DNA of 64,000 nt from NCBI RefSeq assembly GCF_964355755.1, contig NC_092678.1:20787365-20851364 (forward strand), in the 5' to 3' direction. The notes under the pieces were generated by a model that saw only the letters and a program-made list of their open reading frames with translations, had not been told where the DNA came from and searched no databases. The number at the start of each line of letters is the position of its first letter. Within the stretch, counting starts at the first letter, position 1. The translations under genes and the position numbers were made by a program. Source of the stretch: Antedon mediterranea. Lineage: Eukaryota; Animalia; Echinodermata. This document shows, one piece after another, positions 41,601 through 52,194 of the stretch.

Positions 41601-44600
41601 TTAACAACTAATCTTAAATTTATGAGATTACAGTAGATACACATGTTGAGTATTTGGAAAATGTGAGGATCAGATACATTTCGATTAACAACTAATCTTA
41701 AATTTATGAGATTACAGTCATATATCGAGTTCTTCTGAAGGAAAAAGAAATGCTCATAAATTCTCCCTTTTCAACAAGACTAGAATGTTGCTGTAGTTGT
41801 TTTGAATCACAAAATATTATTTATTGCATTTTTAAGTTATGACTACAAACAATTGAAATGTTTACATATTCTAACCTTGTCATTATATTTATATATTGTT
41901 GTTGTGTTTTTTTTCAATTTGTTTTTAATAAATTATATTTATTTTTTTTTAAATTGAAAGATTATCGTACAAAATATTGTTTAGTCCTTGTATCTATATA
42001 TTTAGAAAGAAGCAACTAACAATTTTTTGTACCATTTTTATCACTATTTATTTATTGTTATGAAAGTTGTAATAACAGTTATTCCGATTTTGTAAACAAC
42101 TGTACAGGTTGCAAGAATTTTTGTAAACATTTCATTTTATGTTCATTTTTATTTTAATTACCATATTTGACTTTATTAGTTTACATATTTAAAATTTATG
42201 TGGAAACGTTTATTGAATAATTTAACACCACAAAATTTGAAGAAAAACTTCCCAACATGCAGGGAGTTTGGTTGTTAAAAATTTACAAAAAAGTTTAAAT
42301 ATATAAAAAGTTAAAAAAACTATGACATGGCTATTGCATGATTAATAATTTATTTGACAATTCAATGATATATTTATATAAATTAATTATTTTATAAATA
42401 TTCATTATTTAACCAGTTTGTTAGTGCTCCTAATCAGTTACCAACCAATCATAACTCATTGTTCTGATAATTTGCATGGCAAATATTAATTATTCATTGT
42501 ATCTCATGAATATTTGATGAAAGTCTGTGATTGTTATTTTGCTAGAAGAAATCAGCATCATGACTATTTTTTAACCATTCTATTTTTTCCCGTTGCTAAC
42601 AGATATTGACCTCATGTCCTGACCTTTATTTAACTCTTAGAATATTAAACATTCAATATCCAGTCCAGTCTGGAAAACTTTTTTTTGCAAATATTTGGTA
42701 CTCAAAAAATAAATCCTGTCAGGTTCACCTTTCAGAATGAAGAATTTTTCTATTGACATCAGCATTTTTATAATTGTTTTAATGAATTATTCATCATGTC
42801 ATTTGCATATCTTTTATCCCTCCTTTTTTTTTAAATAATTTTTTTTATTACAGAACATTGCACTTTTCTTTTACAAACTATTTCTTATTATGTATTATGT
42901 TTGAGAATGTATGGTATATTATTAAAAGTTGTGTATTTATGCATATTGGTAATAACATTTGCATATTATTTCCTCAGGATGTTTTGATTGGTTTGTGTCA
43001 GTAAATTATTACAGGTGGCCGTGCATTATTCATGGTCCTATTTGCATATAAATTATTGTTATTTAATTTCTTGCAGGTCTCTCTGGCCAAGTAGTTAGAC
43101 ATCAGATAAGTTCAGCAGCCGGTGCTAGCCCCTTGCACCTGGTAGCTGAGAGGGGGGAGGTAGGGGCAATTAATAGACTTGTAGTTGAACAGCATTTGGA
43201 TCCTAATTTAACTGCCGACGATGGATCTACTCCGGTTCATATAGCGGCCCTTTATGGCCATTTTGGTAAGTTTAATGCTTTATACGTGATAATACCATGC
43301 TAAAGGCACAATAGACAATAGGGTTTGAATAATTACTTGAGTGTCACAACCCTAATTAATAGCTAGATCTCGGGCCATCACAAATTGAAAGCTCCCTGTT
43401 CAAGTAATTGTAAGATAGCTTAATTATATATCAGTCAATACATACAGTAGCCCAATGCACATTTAATTAGCAAATCTGATCTATCAGTACCTAATTCTCT
43501 CTAGCAACCAACGTCACATTAAGTATTGTTCTTTACAGATTGTTTAAAGTCTTTGTTACAACACGGTGGTTCAGCCGCCGCCGTTAGAGTTGATGGTTTC
43601 ACACCGCTTCACGCAGCTGCCAAATTTGGACATGCAAGGTAAGACCTATCAAATATGGGGTTGAATAAAGGTTAAACAGCCAACATTTAAGTACCTAGTA
43701 CATTTATGTTTTTAAGATATGATATCAACTTAGTTCTCATCCTTCTCTACTGTAGTCTGGTGTTCTTTTAGCAGTTCCTTTATGTGATATCCATTTAATC
43801 TTGATGTTATTCTTATATCTTCTTTTAGATGTATGCAGTTACTACTCGATGCTGGCAGCCCTGCAAGCCAGCCAGATACCATAGGATGGCAGCCTTTGCA
43901 TCAGGCAGCTAGCAGTGGTTCTGGAGCTTGTGTTCAAGTTCTTCTAAGCCAGGGTATTTCCAGTTTGTGTCGATCACAAGTATGTCTTTTACTCTTTTTA
44001 ATGAACCTTTTGTGGCTATTTTTTTAGTATTGTTACAATTAATGTACAAATTAATAATATTACTTTTACTTTTAGACTGGATGCACTCCTTTACATATAG
44101 CAGCAGAGAGAGGACATGTTGAGTGTCTTCAAGTGTTGCTTCAGCACTTCACAGCTAAAGGTCTGCATAGTGAGCTGAATGCAGCAAGCCAAGAAGGATG
44201 GACAGCGGCACATCTTGCAGCCTCTCTTGGACATGTTGTAAGTTTATCATACATACATGACATCTAGATTAATGGCCATTATTGCTTCTGTTGTCAACAC
44301 TGGGGAAGTATATAATTGTTGTATTAATGGACTTTACTCCTAGAACATGAAGTGGATAACCAATCATAACTTAGTCTATTCAAATCTCCCTATTGAAACA
44401 GAAAATCTTGACTACATTTTTTTGTTGTTGTAATTTAGGAAGCTCTTGAGCTGCTCTGTCGACACGGCCTAGATCTGGAAGCTCTTGACATGTGGCAACG
44501 AACTCCTCATGATGTTGCCACACCGACCTGTAAACGAGTTATCGCTTTCAGTAAGTGCTTACAGTAACATTTTCTTGGGGTTAAGAATTCATCAATGATA

Positions 44601-47600
44601 GATTATTGCTTCAAAAGGGACATCCTGAAAAATTGTATTTATTTCCTTTAAAGTATAATTTTTATAAAATGTTACAGACCATTCTTAGTACGATGGTGTA
44701 TTTTTGTTCATCAGGTTCACCAGACAGTATCAAGGTGATTGTTGCAGTTGTTGTTGATGGAGAACAAGGACAGAGTTGTCAGCGTTGCAGCATCGGCTGT
44801 ATACTGATCTCTAAGCGTACCAATTGGACTTCTTTTCATAGCAGTGTAGCAAATGCTCTTATGCAGCATACAAAGGTAAAGACTTGCCAGTCTTGAATAT
44901 CAGTCTGTATTGTTTGTCTGCATAAATTAGTTTGAAAAGATCATGTCATCAGATTGGATTTGAACCTAGAGGTTGATAGACAGCCATCAAAACCCTTAGA
45001 CTTCAGCTTGTCGTAACTTTGATGGTTTTTCTTCAATCAGGAATTAAATGGAGCTGATGGCATTGGAAAGACGGATGGAAGTCCAACAGAAGATACACCA
45101 GATGGAGAGATGGAACTTAGTCTAAATGCAGCAGCTATTGCTTCTTACACACTAGGTAAGCTTCTTTCTCTTCTTCAGAGTCTATCGGAACTAGGTTATT
45201 ACTAGACTAGATTGAAAATAAAATATCATTATCTTTGTTTTGCTCAGGTAGTGTAACATGGACCAGTCATAAATACCCATCCACTCCTCCATATGTGTTG
45301 ACCAAGTCCGGATCTGATATAGAGATTCGACTGAAATCAGTAGCTAAAGGAAGTCTGGATCAGTTGGCCTATACCAGTCATGTGTCAGCTAAAACTTTGC
45401 AGACATTCTTACGATTGGTGAGTAATATTCATATGATAGTTATCACTGGATTTGATTTTAGCTTTTTATACTTGTTCATACTGGTTCTCACTAGTTCATA
45501 CTTGTTCTCACTGAGATCTGGCAGGGATAACAATAAGACTCTGTTTTACAATAGCCATCTCTTTACCAATTATACTAATTTTGTTTATATATACACTTTT
45601 TTCTTATACTACAGGTTGAACAGTACCGTAACGTTGTGTTCTATGGACCACCTGGCTGCTGCAAGTCACATGTCGCTGTTAAACTTGCTCAGTGCCTTAA
45701 GGTTAGTGTCTAGTTATACACAGCTGGTCCAAAACCTATTATCTCACACTACTCATTTTCATTCAAAATAACTTATGTGTTCTCTTCACAGACTAGACAA
45801 GATAAAGAAGGATTGAGATGTACAGTTATTGTGCTACCTCTGCAACATAATGTTACCAGAGAAAGCCTAAAGAAAGTTCTTATCGAAAAAGGTAATCACC
45901 ATCATCATTATCATAAATAATCCTCATCAGTATCTTGATCATTATGCTAAGGAATTGTCTCTAATATTTAGTTGTGAAAGACAACTCTAGTGCCCGCAAG
46001 GTTCTGGCTTGATTCATGCTTTTCAGACTCATTTTCTAATCTTTTTTTTTTTAAAGGTTTCTTGCGAGCCATTGAACATGTAGGTGATTGGCCAATGACA
46101 GCACCCATCCTGGTTTTGGACGGCTTGGACCAAATCAATGTTTCAATCATTTTGTCGGATTTGATCCCAGCTCTTGAACACCTGAGAGCCAGTAGCCCTA
46201 CATCACCACCAGCTTACCAACTACATCCAAGGAACTGTATCATAGCAACCATGAATAGGAACAGGTAGTGTAGTGATCCCACAATGCTTTGTAATCAATT
46301 TCAATTGAAGTACATATGAGATAATTTATTTGATTACGCAAAACAGTTTCCGTTGATGAAATGAAAAATAACATATAACCATATTTTGTTTAGGATGACT
46401 GGTCTAGACTTATCCATGCAACAGCTGTTCCGTTGGGTACATTTTAAATGGGATAATCAGCCGGTGCGTTGTATGTTAGCACGCCATATCCGTCTCCGTT
46501 TGATCTCTGCCAACGGAGGTCAACCTTTCCCACCAACTGACGGCCAGAACTTGTTAGGAGCTTGGGTGTACAGTGCGTGGTGGCGACTGAACGAGTACTT
46601 GCAGAAATTGAGTTTGGTTGAGACGATTCAAGGCCCAAGGTTGTTGTACGATTTTCCACTGGACGTTCACAACCCAGAAGTTGTTTTTAGGTGAGTAACG
46701 CTCTGTCTACACTATCCAACTAGTGATATGCCCAAATATGGTAGTGATATGACATCGTTATCATTTTATGAAATGCTAACACAAGATTTTGAATTTTTTT
46801 TCTTAGATGGTTGGCGAAGACTTGGAATGTACAAATTGCACCAGCTGTAGAAGAAGCGATCGTACAAGGTTCGTCAGCTGGTGGGCCAACCCCTACAACG
46901 CAAGTGGTAAACACCGCCCTCTGTGTGTTGCTACGTAAGGCTATCCTACCGAACTGTCCCTTCCAGGCATCAGGTAATTTAAAAGCCAATATTAAATATG
47001 GTATTAATGTTTTTATTCAAATAATGGACTGTACCATTTATATGTATAGGGGTGTTAAATGAATTTGCAGTGAGAATGAAAATTACAGTTAGTATTTAAC
47101 TGAAATACTTATATCTTTATTCTTATATTTCAGAATATCAGGGGTATTTGTCCAACTTCCGTGGCATGAAAGATGGTCCTGTACTGTCGCAGACTTCAAC
47201 TATCATTCGAGCTGAGCGCAGAAGTAGAAGTCTCGATCGTAGCAAGGTAGCAGCTTCTAACTATCTCAGTCTTCCACGTGATCAAATGGTTCTTGATTTG
47301 GGTAAGTAATAACAGTCGTAAAATTATTAAGCTGCCAGTTGGATAATTAAAATCCTGCCTCTCTCAACATTAATAATTGTATTCATTGTTCTGTTTCCTA
47401 ATTGCACTGTCTTTTTTGTATAGTAGGTGAGGATAGAGCATCTACTGTGAAGAGAAACAATAAAACTGACATTGCCAAACGTGTCATTGAAATGTACAAT
47501 GGGTAAGCCTTTTACAAAATTCTATTTTTTATAAAAAATAAATACAATAAATTTAGCTATCGAGCTATTGTTGTTATACATTAATATGTGTTACTACAGT

Positions 47601-48247
47601 ATAGTATAATCCCTATTATATTAACAAAGTACCCCCTTAAAGCGTGGTTCTCACTAGCGACGCAACACAAGGACGTAACGCAACGCAAGTGAATTGACCA
47701 ATCACAAGCGATGGCTTATTCGCTTGTGATTGCTAACTGTCTATAACTTCGCTTGTCATTGGTTAAAACGCTTGCGTTGCATTTACGTCCTTGCGTTACG
47801 TTCTAGTGGGAACCAAGCTTTATAGAGGTGTCCTCTGAATATGGGTTGATACTAGTTTAATTTAAAGTATATTTTTATTTCGTCATTCTTTTTAAAGTGT
47901 CCTCTGTATGTGTCCCATGAACTTTTTGCCTGAAATAAAATGTTAAATAATAATAAACAATTTAAAAAATAAAAGTTCTTTTGTTTTAATGTAGGCCCGA
48001 CGTGCCTGATATTCAACTCCGGGGTGCGACCAATCAAATACAGTCACATCACATGACCAGAATGAGCAGCTCTTCCCAGAGTCCTTTGCTTTCGGAGATC
48101 ACTAATATTTTGGACCAAGGCCAAGAAGAAATTGAAGAAATAGAGAAGACAATGAAACGAGCCAGCTGGGAAGAAGGGAAGCAGCAAGTGAACGTGGGAA
48201 GACAGAAGGCATCATGGGATACCGGCATGTGGGAAGAAACTGTATAA
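26615..48247 (+). CDS. CTTNBP2: Cortactin-binding protein 2, long isoform (~1462 aa): CortBP2 coiled coil, Pro-rich motif, ankyrin repeats, NAV/McrB-like AAA+ domain
   Basis: Exons 26615-26686, 32717-32827, 34021-34239, 35426-35533, 35780-37139, 43077-43265, 43539-43638, 43829-43979, 44076-44237, 44439-44550, 44715-44875, 45041-45155, 45248-45417, 45615-45701, 45792-45891, 46057-46264, 46394-46690, 46807-46973, 47134-47301, 47424-47502, 47995-48247 (4389 nt, phases consistent). Diagnostic motifs: LLENELQTRDLII, HAQDAAQGDDVTYMLEKERERL, RGNPPPIPPNKP, ankyrin TPLH.AA..GH repeats, FLRLVEQYRNVVFYGP, WLAKTWNVQIAPAVEEAI. Confidence 0.93.
28013..28257. repeat. Imperfect (CAT)n microsatellite in a CTTNBP2 intron
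   Basis: ~80 trinucleotide units; accounts for the poly-His, poly-Met and poly-Asp ORFs. Confidence 0.95.
29995..32092. mobile_element. 2.1-kb non-autonomous DNA transposon, hAT-like, 16-bp perfect TIR, 5-bp TSD
   Basis: CAGGGCTGCAAATTAA (29995-30010) / TTAATTTGCAGCCCTG (32077-32092); GGTGA on both sides; subterminal tgcgac/gtgctac repeats; CpG-richer than host; no transposase ORF recognised. Confidence 0.88.
35780..37165 (+). CDS. CTTNBP2: Large CTTNBP2 exon 5 (coiled coil plus low-complexity/Pro-rich region); read-through to TAG at 37163-37165 would give an intron-retaining ~631-aa form
   Basis: Acceptor ...cgaacag|GTT at 35780; open frame of 462 codons containing GNPPPIPPNKP; internal donors at 37060 (cag|gtgggt) and 37139 (acag|gtatta). 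Confidence 0.85.
   Translation, partial: VEFEKAQQKKLERENKRAQNVIVQERKNIKQVAKFMLAERTVLLEQLKEEQQKSDMLAQSLLTLQHKVESTENYLSAESKDAAKREAEMEKQLSEVDVEREQLKAKFNREENRNKELKDEVQILRKKISDLEQALANTEQKLKLEVAKKNSKISPSNSSVSIVETPAKDTKQKTPNVTRATSKVIRDRKLDRSDGSNSSSSEDLHNPRTAKNPGVTRPGSGVVKPGSKMKPKVGNSSPTTQVRGSNNGRASPVNRSKQGGVAGSKRGEASASANPPTAKVLPLTKQQGKPGSPGRGTGSIINTGEDRSRDTKVTNNSKQTTASNQPLVIQAPSQGGTQSKKVVSPRGNPPPIPPNKPTLIPQKSAPSSGYTNSGVGKTVVARKSDSLVEARKQFYASKLGGVAGHKTGALNANSNNSNAEGMARDTQVGEVESRRLDTSTSGQASPAPHLTLTGITNNQPS
41492..41718. repeat. Tandem repeat, ~82-83 bp x ~2.8
   Basis: gaaaatgtgaggatcagata.attt...aatcttaaatttatgagattacagt occurs three times. Confidence 0.9.
47641..47819. mobile_element. Palindromic Harbinger-like MITE nested in a Tigger-like fragment
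   Basis: TIRs agcgtggttctcactag / ctagtgggaaccaagct plus internal inverted arms (gcaacacaaggacgtaacgcaacgcaag / cttgcgttgcatttacgtccttgcgttac). The flanks rejoin as cccttaa..tagaggtgtcc. Confidence 0.85.
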
Positions 48248-50828
48248 TCTAAAGATGGTAAAAGAAATTTACATACCTGACATGATTTGTTAAACTGTTA
48301 TGAGAGAGTAAATTTGATTGGTTAGTTAATATGAGAGACTCATATTGATATGAGAAGCAATATTTGATTGGATGTAAATTACCATATTTATAGGTGAAGT
48401 GTGATCACTGCAAAAACATTTTTTAAACATGTTACATGAACCGAGAGTATATCTAAACGAATGTAGATAAAAAAGGAAAAATGCTGTTCTAACTACAAGT
48501 TTTATTAATTAATTAATTAACTAATTAAGTAAGAACCACTACTTACTGCATGAGCTATTTATAATGTAATTATGTCCAGGTTTTTTAAGAAAATTGAAGT
48601 TTAAAAAAAAATTAAAATATGGTGGGTTGTTTTTATTGTAAATATTATAATATAAAAAGTTTTTATGTATATTGTTCATGGCGTGGCTTTGAAATATCAT
48701 GTATTGTGTGTATGTATCGTGATGTTAGTGTAAATATTATATAATATAAATGTAATGCATTTTAGCAAAACATTCAATAGGTGTAAGGTTTTAAATAGGG
48801 ATCAAAATTATTTTACTGCAGTAACTCCACTTTCTTGCTGCAATAACATTGGTATTTCAATATAGAAGGCAGTCTGCAATGTGTATGATTGTCAAAAAAA
48901 TCTAGGTAACAGAGTAAACGAAATGTGATTACTGCAGTTACTGCAGTAGAATAATTTGGATATGGTCTCTTGCAGCATAGTATAAAGCTTATTAGACGCT
49001 ATGCTCTAGGATTCTGTTATGGGTGATACAGTGTGTTACGTAAGGGGCGATGAGTGTGACATCTTAATGTTGTATTAATAATGTGACTAAAATATACAAT
49101 TTGGTGGAATAGAAGTGACAGTCTGGCCTTTGATAATATATTACTAAACCGGAAAGGGTAACATTTTAGTTGAGTTGAGGAATTATATGTACTGTATTTT
49201 GCATTATTAATTTTCATTTTTGTCATTTAACTGGTTTTATTGGGGAAAAAACACTAGGAATTATTATCATCAAGCCTGTCTTACAAACAATGCATGATCT
49301 AAATATTACATTTTAACATTAATGCCTTGACGGACAACTGGAAATATAATGATATACCTTTAGACATATTCTACTCTACTTACAGTAAATAACCCTAGTA
49401 TTATGGGTACCTAAGTTGCTAAAAAATTGTTTGGCACTTGTTAATATAAGTATGTATTCAAGTTTGCAAAAACTATGTTAGAAACTAAATGTTAGTACCT
49501 TAGGCACTCAATTGAAGCCAGATTCCATGTTAATTTGTATTTATAAGTCTGTTCATTCCTAACCTTGTTATTTTAAGTAAGTATATAACACTACTCAGAA
49601 TAATTATAACTAATGTTTGATTAATGTGTATTTATATATATGTGACTAGCTGTATGTAATATTCATACCTCCACAGAAAGACATTTTGAACTTAGAGGGA
49701 GTCTTTAATGAGAGGACATTTTTTATTGAATATTTTAATTAATATGGAATGGTAAAATATCAATTATATTAATTAGAGCCAACAGTAGTTTTTGTTATTT
49801 ATTAATAATTTTATCATAATAATTATTATATTTAATATACTTTTTATGTGAGTGAAATTAAGTATTTAGATTTTTTTTGTATGATGTCATTAATATTCCA
49901 TAACATATTTATTAATATTTATTTATAATTAGCATTTTCACAATTTAGTTGATGTTGATTGCTGAAAAAGCATAAAAAGCAACAAAATCATAAATGCATT
50001 TTATCAAATAGTACATGGACATTATTTGTTGAAACATGGGCGTGGTCTTATATTAAACACACCTTAAAATCAACCTTCAATGGGTGTGGTCTGATATTTA
50101 ATCCACTCTTTTTACAGATCTTGGTATTTCTCTGTTAGTATGTTCGTTAGATTAATGTCATTGGATATTTAAACATATTATTTTATCATAATTTACTTTA
50201 GTGTTTTTTTGGTAGAAAAAGAATTACTGTTTATGTGTGTACAAACAACAAGGATATTGTTTTTGATTTCAAAGTAATGGACATATTTTGTAGTATCATT
50301 TTTCATTATGTAATTTTTCTAATATTTTTTCTGTCAAAACTAAATGCAAATGTATCATTAGACACCTTTTATTTATATTTCTTAAAATATACTGATGTGG
50401 ACAGGGCTTATAATGATGTAATCATGATAAACACGGCAAAATTACTTATAGTTTTTATACTGTGTGGACATGCTGTAGAATTGCCGATATGTGATTTGTT
50501 TTTATTTATGACATAACCTTGCCTTAATAGTGTGTTTTATTGGGGAAGATTGAAACTACACACTCTTCCCTGGCTTTATAGTATTCATTCATATATATAT
50601 TTGTTGTAACAAAGATAACATAAACAATACATACACAACTCCACAGTAATAACCTCGGACAAGCATTGGTGTAATTACTGGGAAAAGTGTTTTTTATTTT
50701 AGTATATAAGTTTTAATATGGTTTATAATGACCTACGAAACGTATATTATGAAACATTATAACATACAGTATTTAAGAATTGTATGAACGTTAAGTATCT
50801 ATTTGGTAATTAGTTGATGCTCTACATA

Positions 50829-50946
50829 ACTTTGGGAGTGGAGTTGTAAATTGTCATGAGAAAAAACCCTGACATATGACAGGACTTGAACCCAGGACCC
50901 TTAGATTGGTAGCCAAGCATCATAACCACCAAGCCACAGCTCCACT
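50829..50946 (-). mobile_element. tRNA-derived SINE head
   Basis: Reverse strand has A box tggcttggtgg and B box ggttcaagtcc; a related copy lies on + at 61942-62040. Confidence 0.65.
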
Positions 50947-52194
50947 CCACTTTCATAATATCGTTTTGTCGGTACCATAATTCTTCACATGTTTAGTATC
51001 ATATTTTAACCAGCTTTTAACGATTGAGTTTTTATTTGAGTTTACAGAAAAGCGGTCTCTTTTAAGTGGACTGTAAAAAATATCGCTTTACTGTGATTCG
51101 CAATTAAAACAAACTCAGTCAAAGAATATCTGCTATCGATACTCACACCACCATTTGGCAGTCATTACCCACCTCTAGAAAGGTTAACACGCGCGTGTAA
51201 ACGTTGATACCCATTGTACGCGCGCGTACTCTTTGTCCCGTTGTGCGTGTCGCTAATCCATTTATAGGTATTATACTCAAAAAGATATCGACTTATCCAC
51301 TCATATTGTATAGAACGAAATGATACTGACTTCACTATAACTTTATTGACCTGACGTGCGTAGTTCAGTTGTAGGCCCAGTATGGGCCTAAACCTATACG
51401 TATCTGTTGTGCAATTGAAGTAGGGTAAATCTGTATAATTGTTAGCTTAGTTTGTGGTCACGATTAAACAACACAGATTATACTGTTTTTATTTCCATGA
51501 CTTCTGCTGTATTTAGCGATGTAACATGGAACTGCAATAAACAGTGGTGCTAGATTAATTAGTGTCTGTTATTCTTTTTTGTGTATTTTATTCATATTGT
51601 TGTTTTTTATTGCCAATCAAATTAGCGTCACAAAAACATGAAATAAACCAAAACAAAAGAAAGACTGAGATGAAGGGGACAAAAAAGTACGTTTGTGACT
51701 TCATTTCAGGTTACATTAAGAATTTTAAAAAGATAATGAAATATAAAAACGTATACAAACTATTAAAATATAAAAATATTAATAAATAAATAAAATTACG
51801 TTTAAATTAAGAATTAAGATTGTTTAGGAATGTGGAGAATGTGTGTGTGTATCTTTGAGTGACATATTCGTCTTATTTCCGGGATTTCATCATAAAGACA
51901 GTTCAAAAGTTTAAAGCGAATCAGCAAAAAATAGCCCTGATTTTGAGACCAAAAAAGAGAAAGAACACGTTGTCATTTTAAAATTTAAATAGTCAAGCTG
52001 GGTACGGTATCGCAGGTGGGTTGGTGTGTGGACATTTAGTTCCAAAAAGTTTGTACAAGAGGGAACTATAGAGGGGGTGATTTTTGTTCAATTTTGAAAG
52101 CGGAAGTGAAAATAAATTTGACGGCGATCGAGTGTTGTTTTTGCAAAATTAGTGGTCAGTTTTACCGGCCAAGTTGTCAGAAACTGCTGCTAAA

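Noticed and set aside
50829-50946. tRNA gene
   Set aside because: A and B boxes are present but no clean cloverleaf is evident, and a diverged second copy with a shared tail indicates a SINE.
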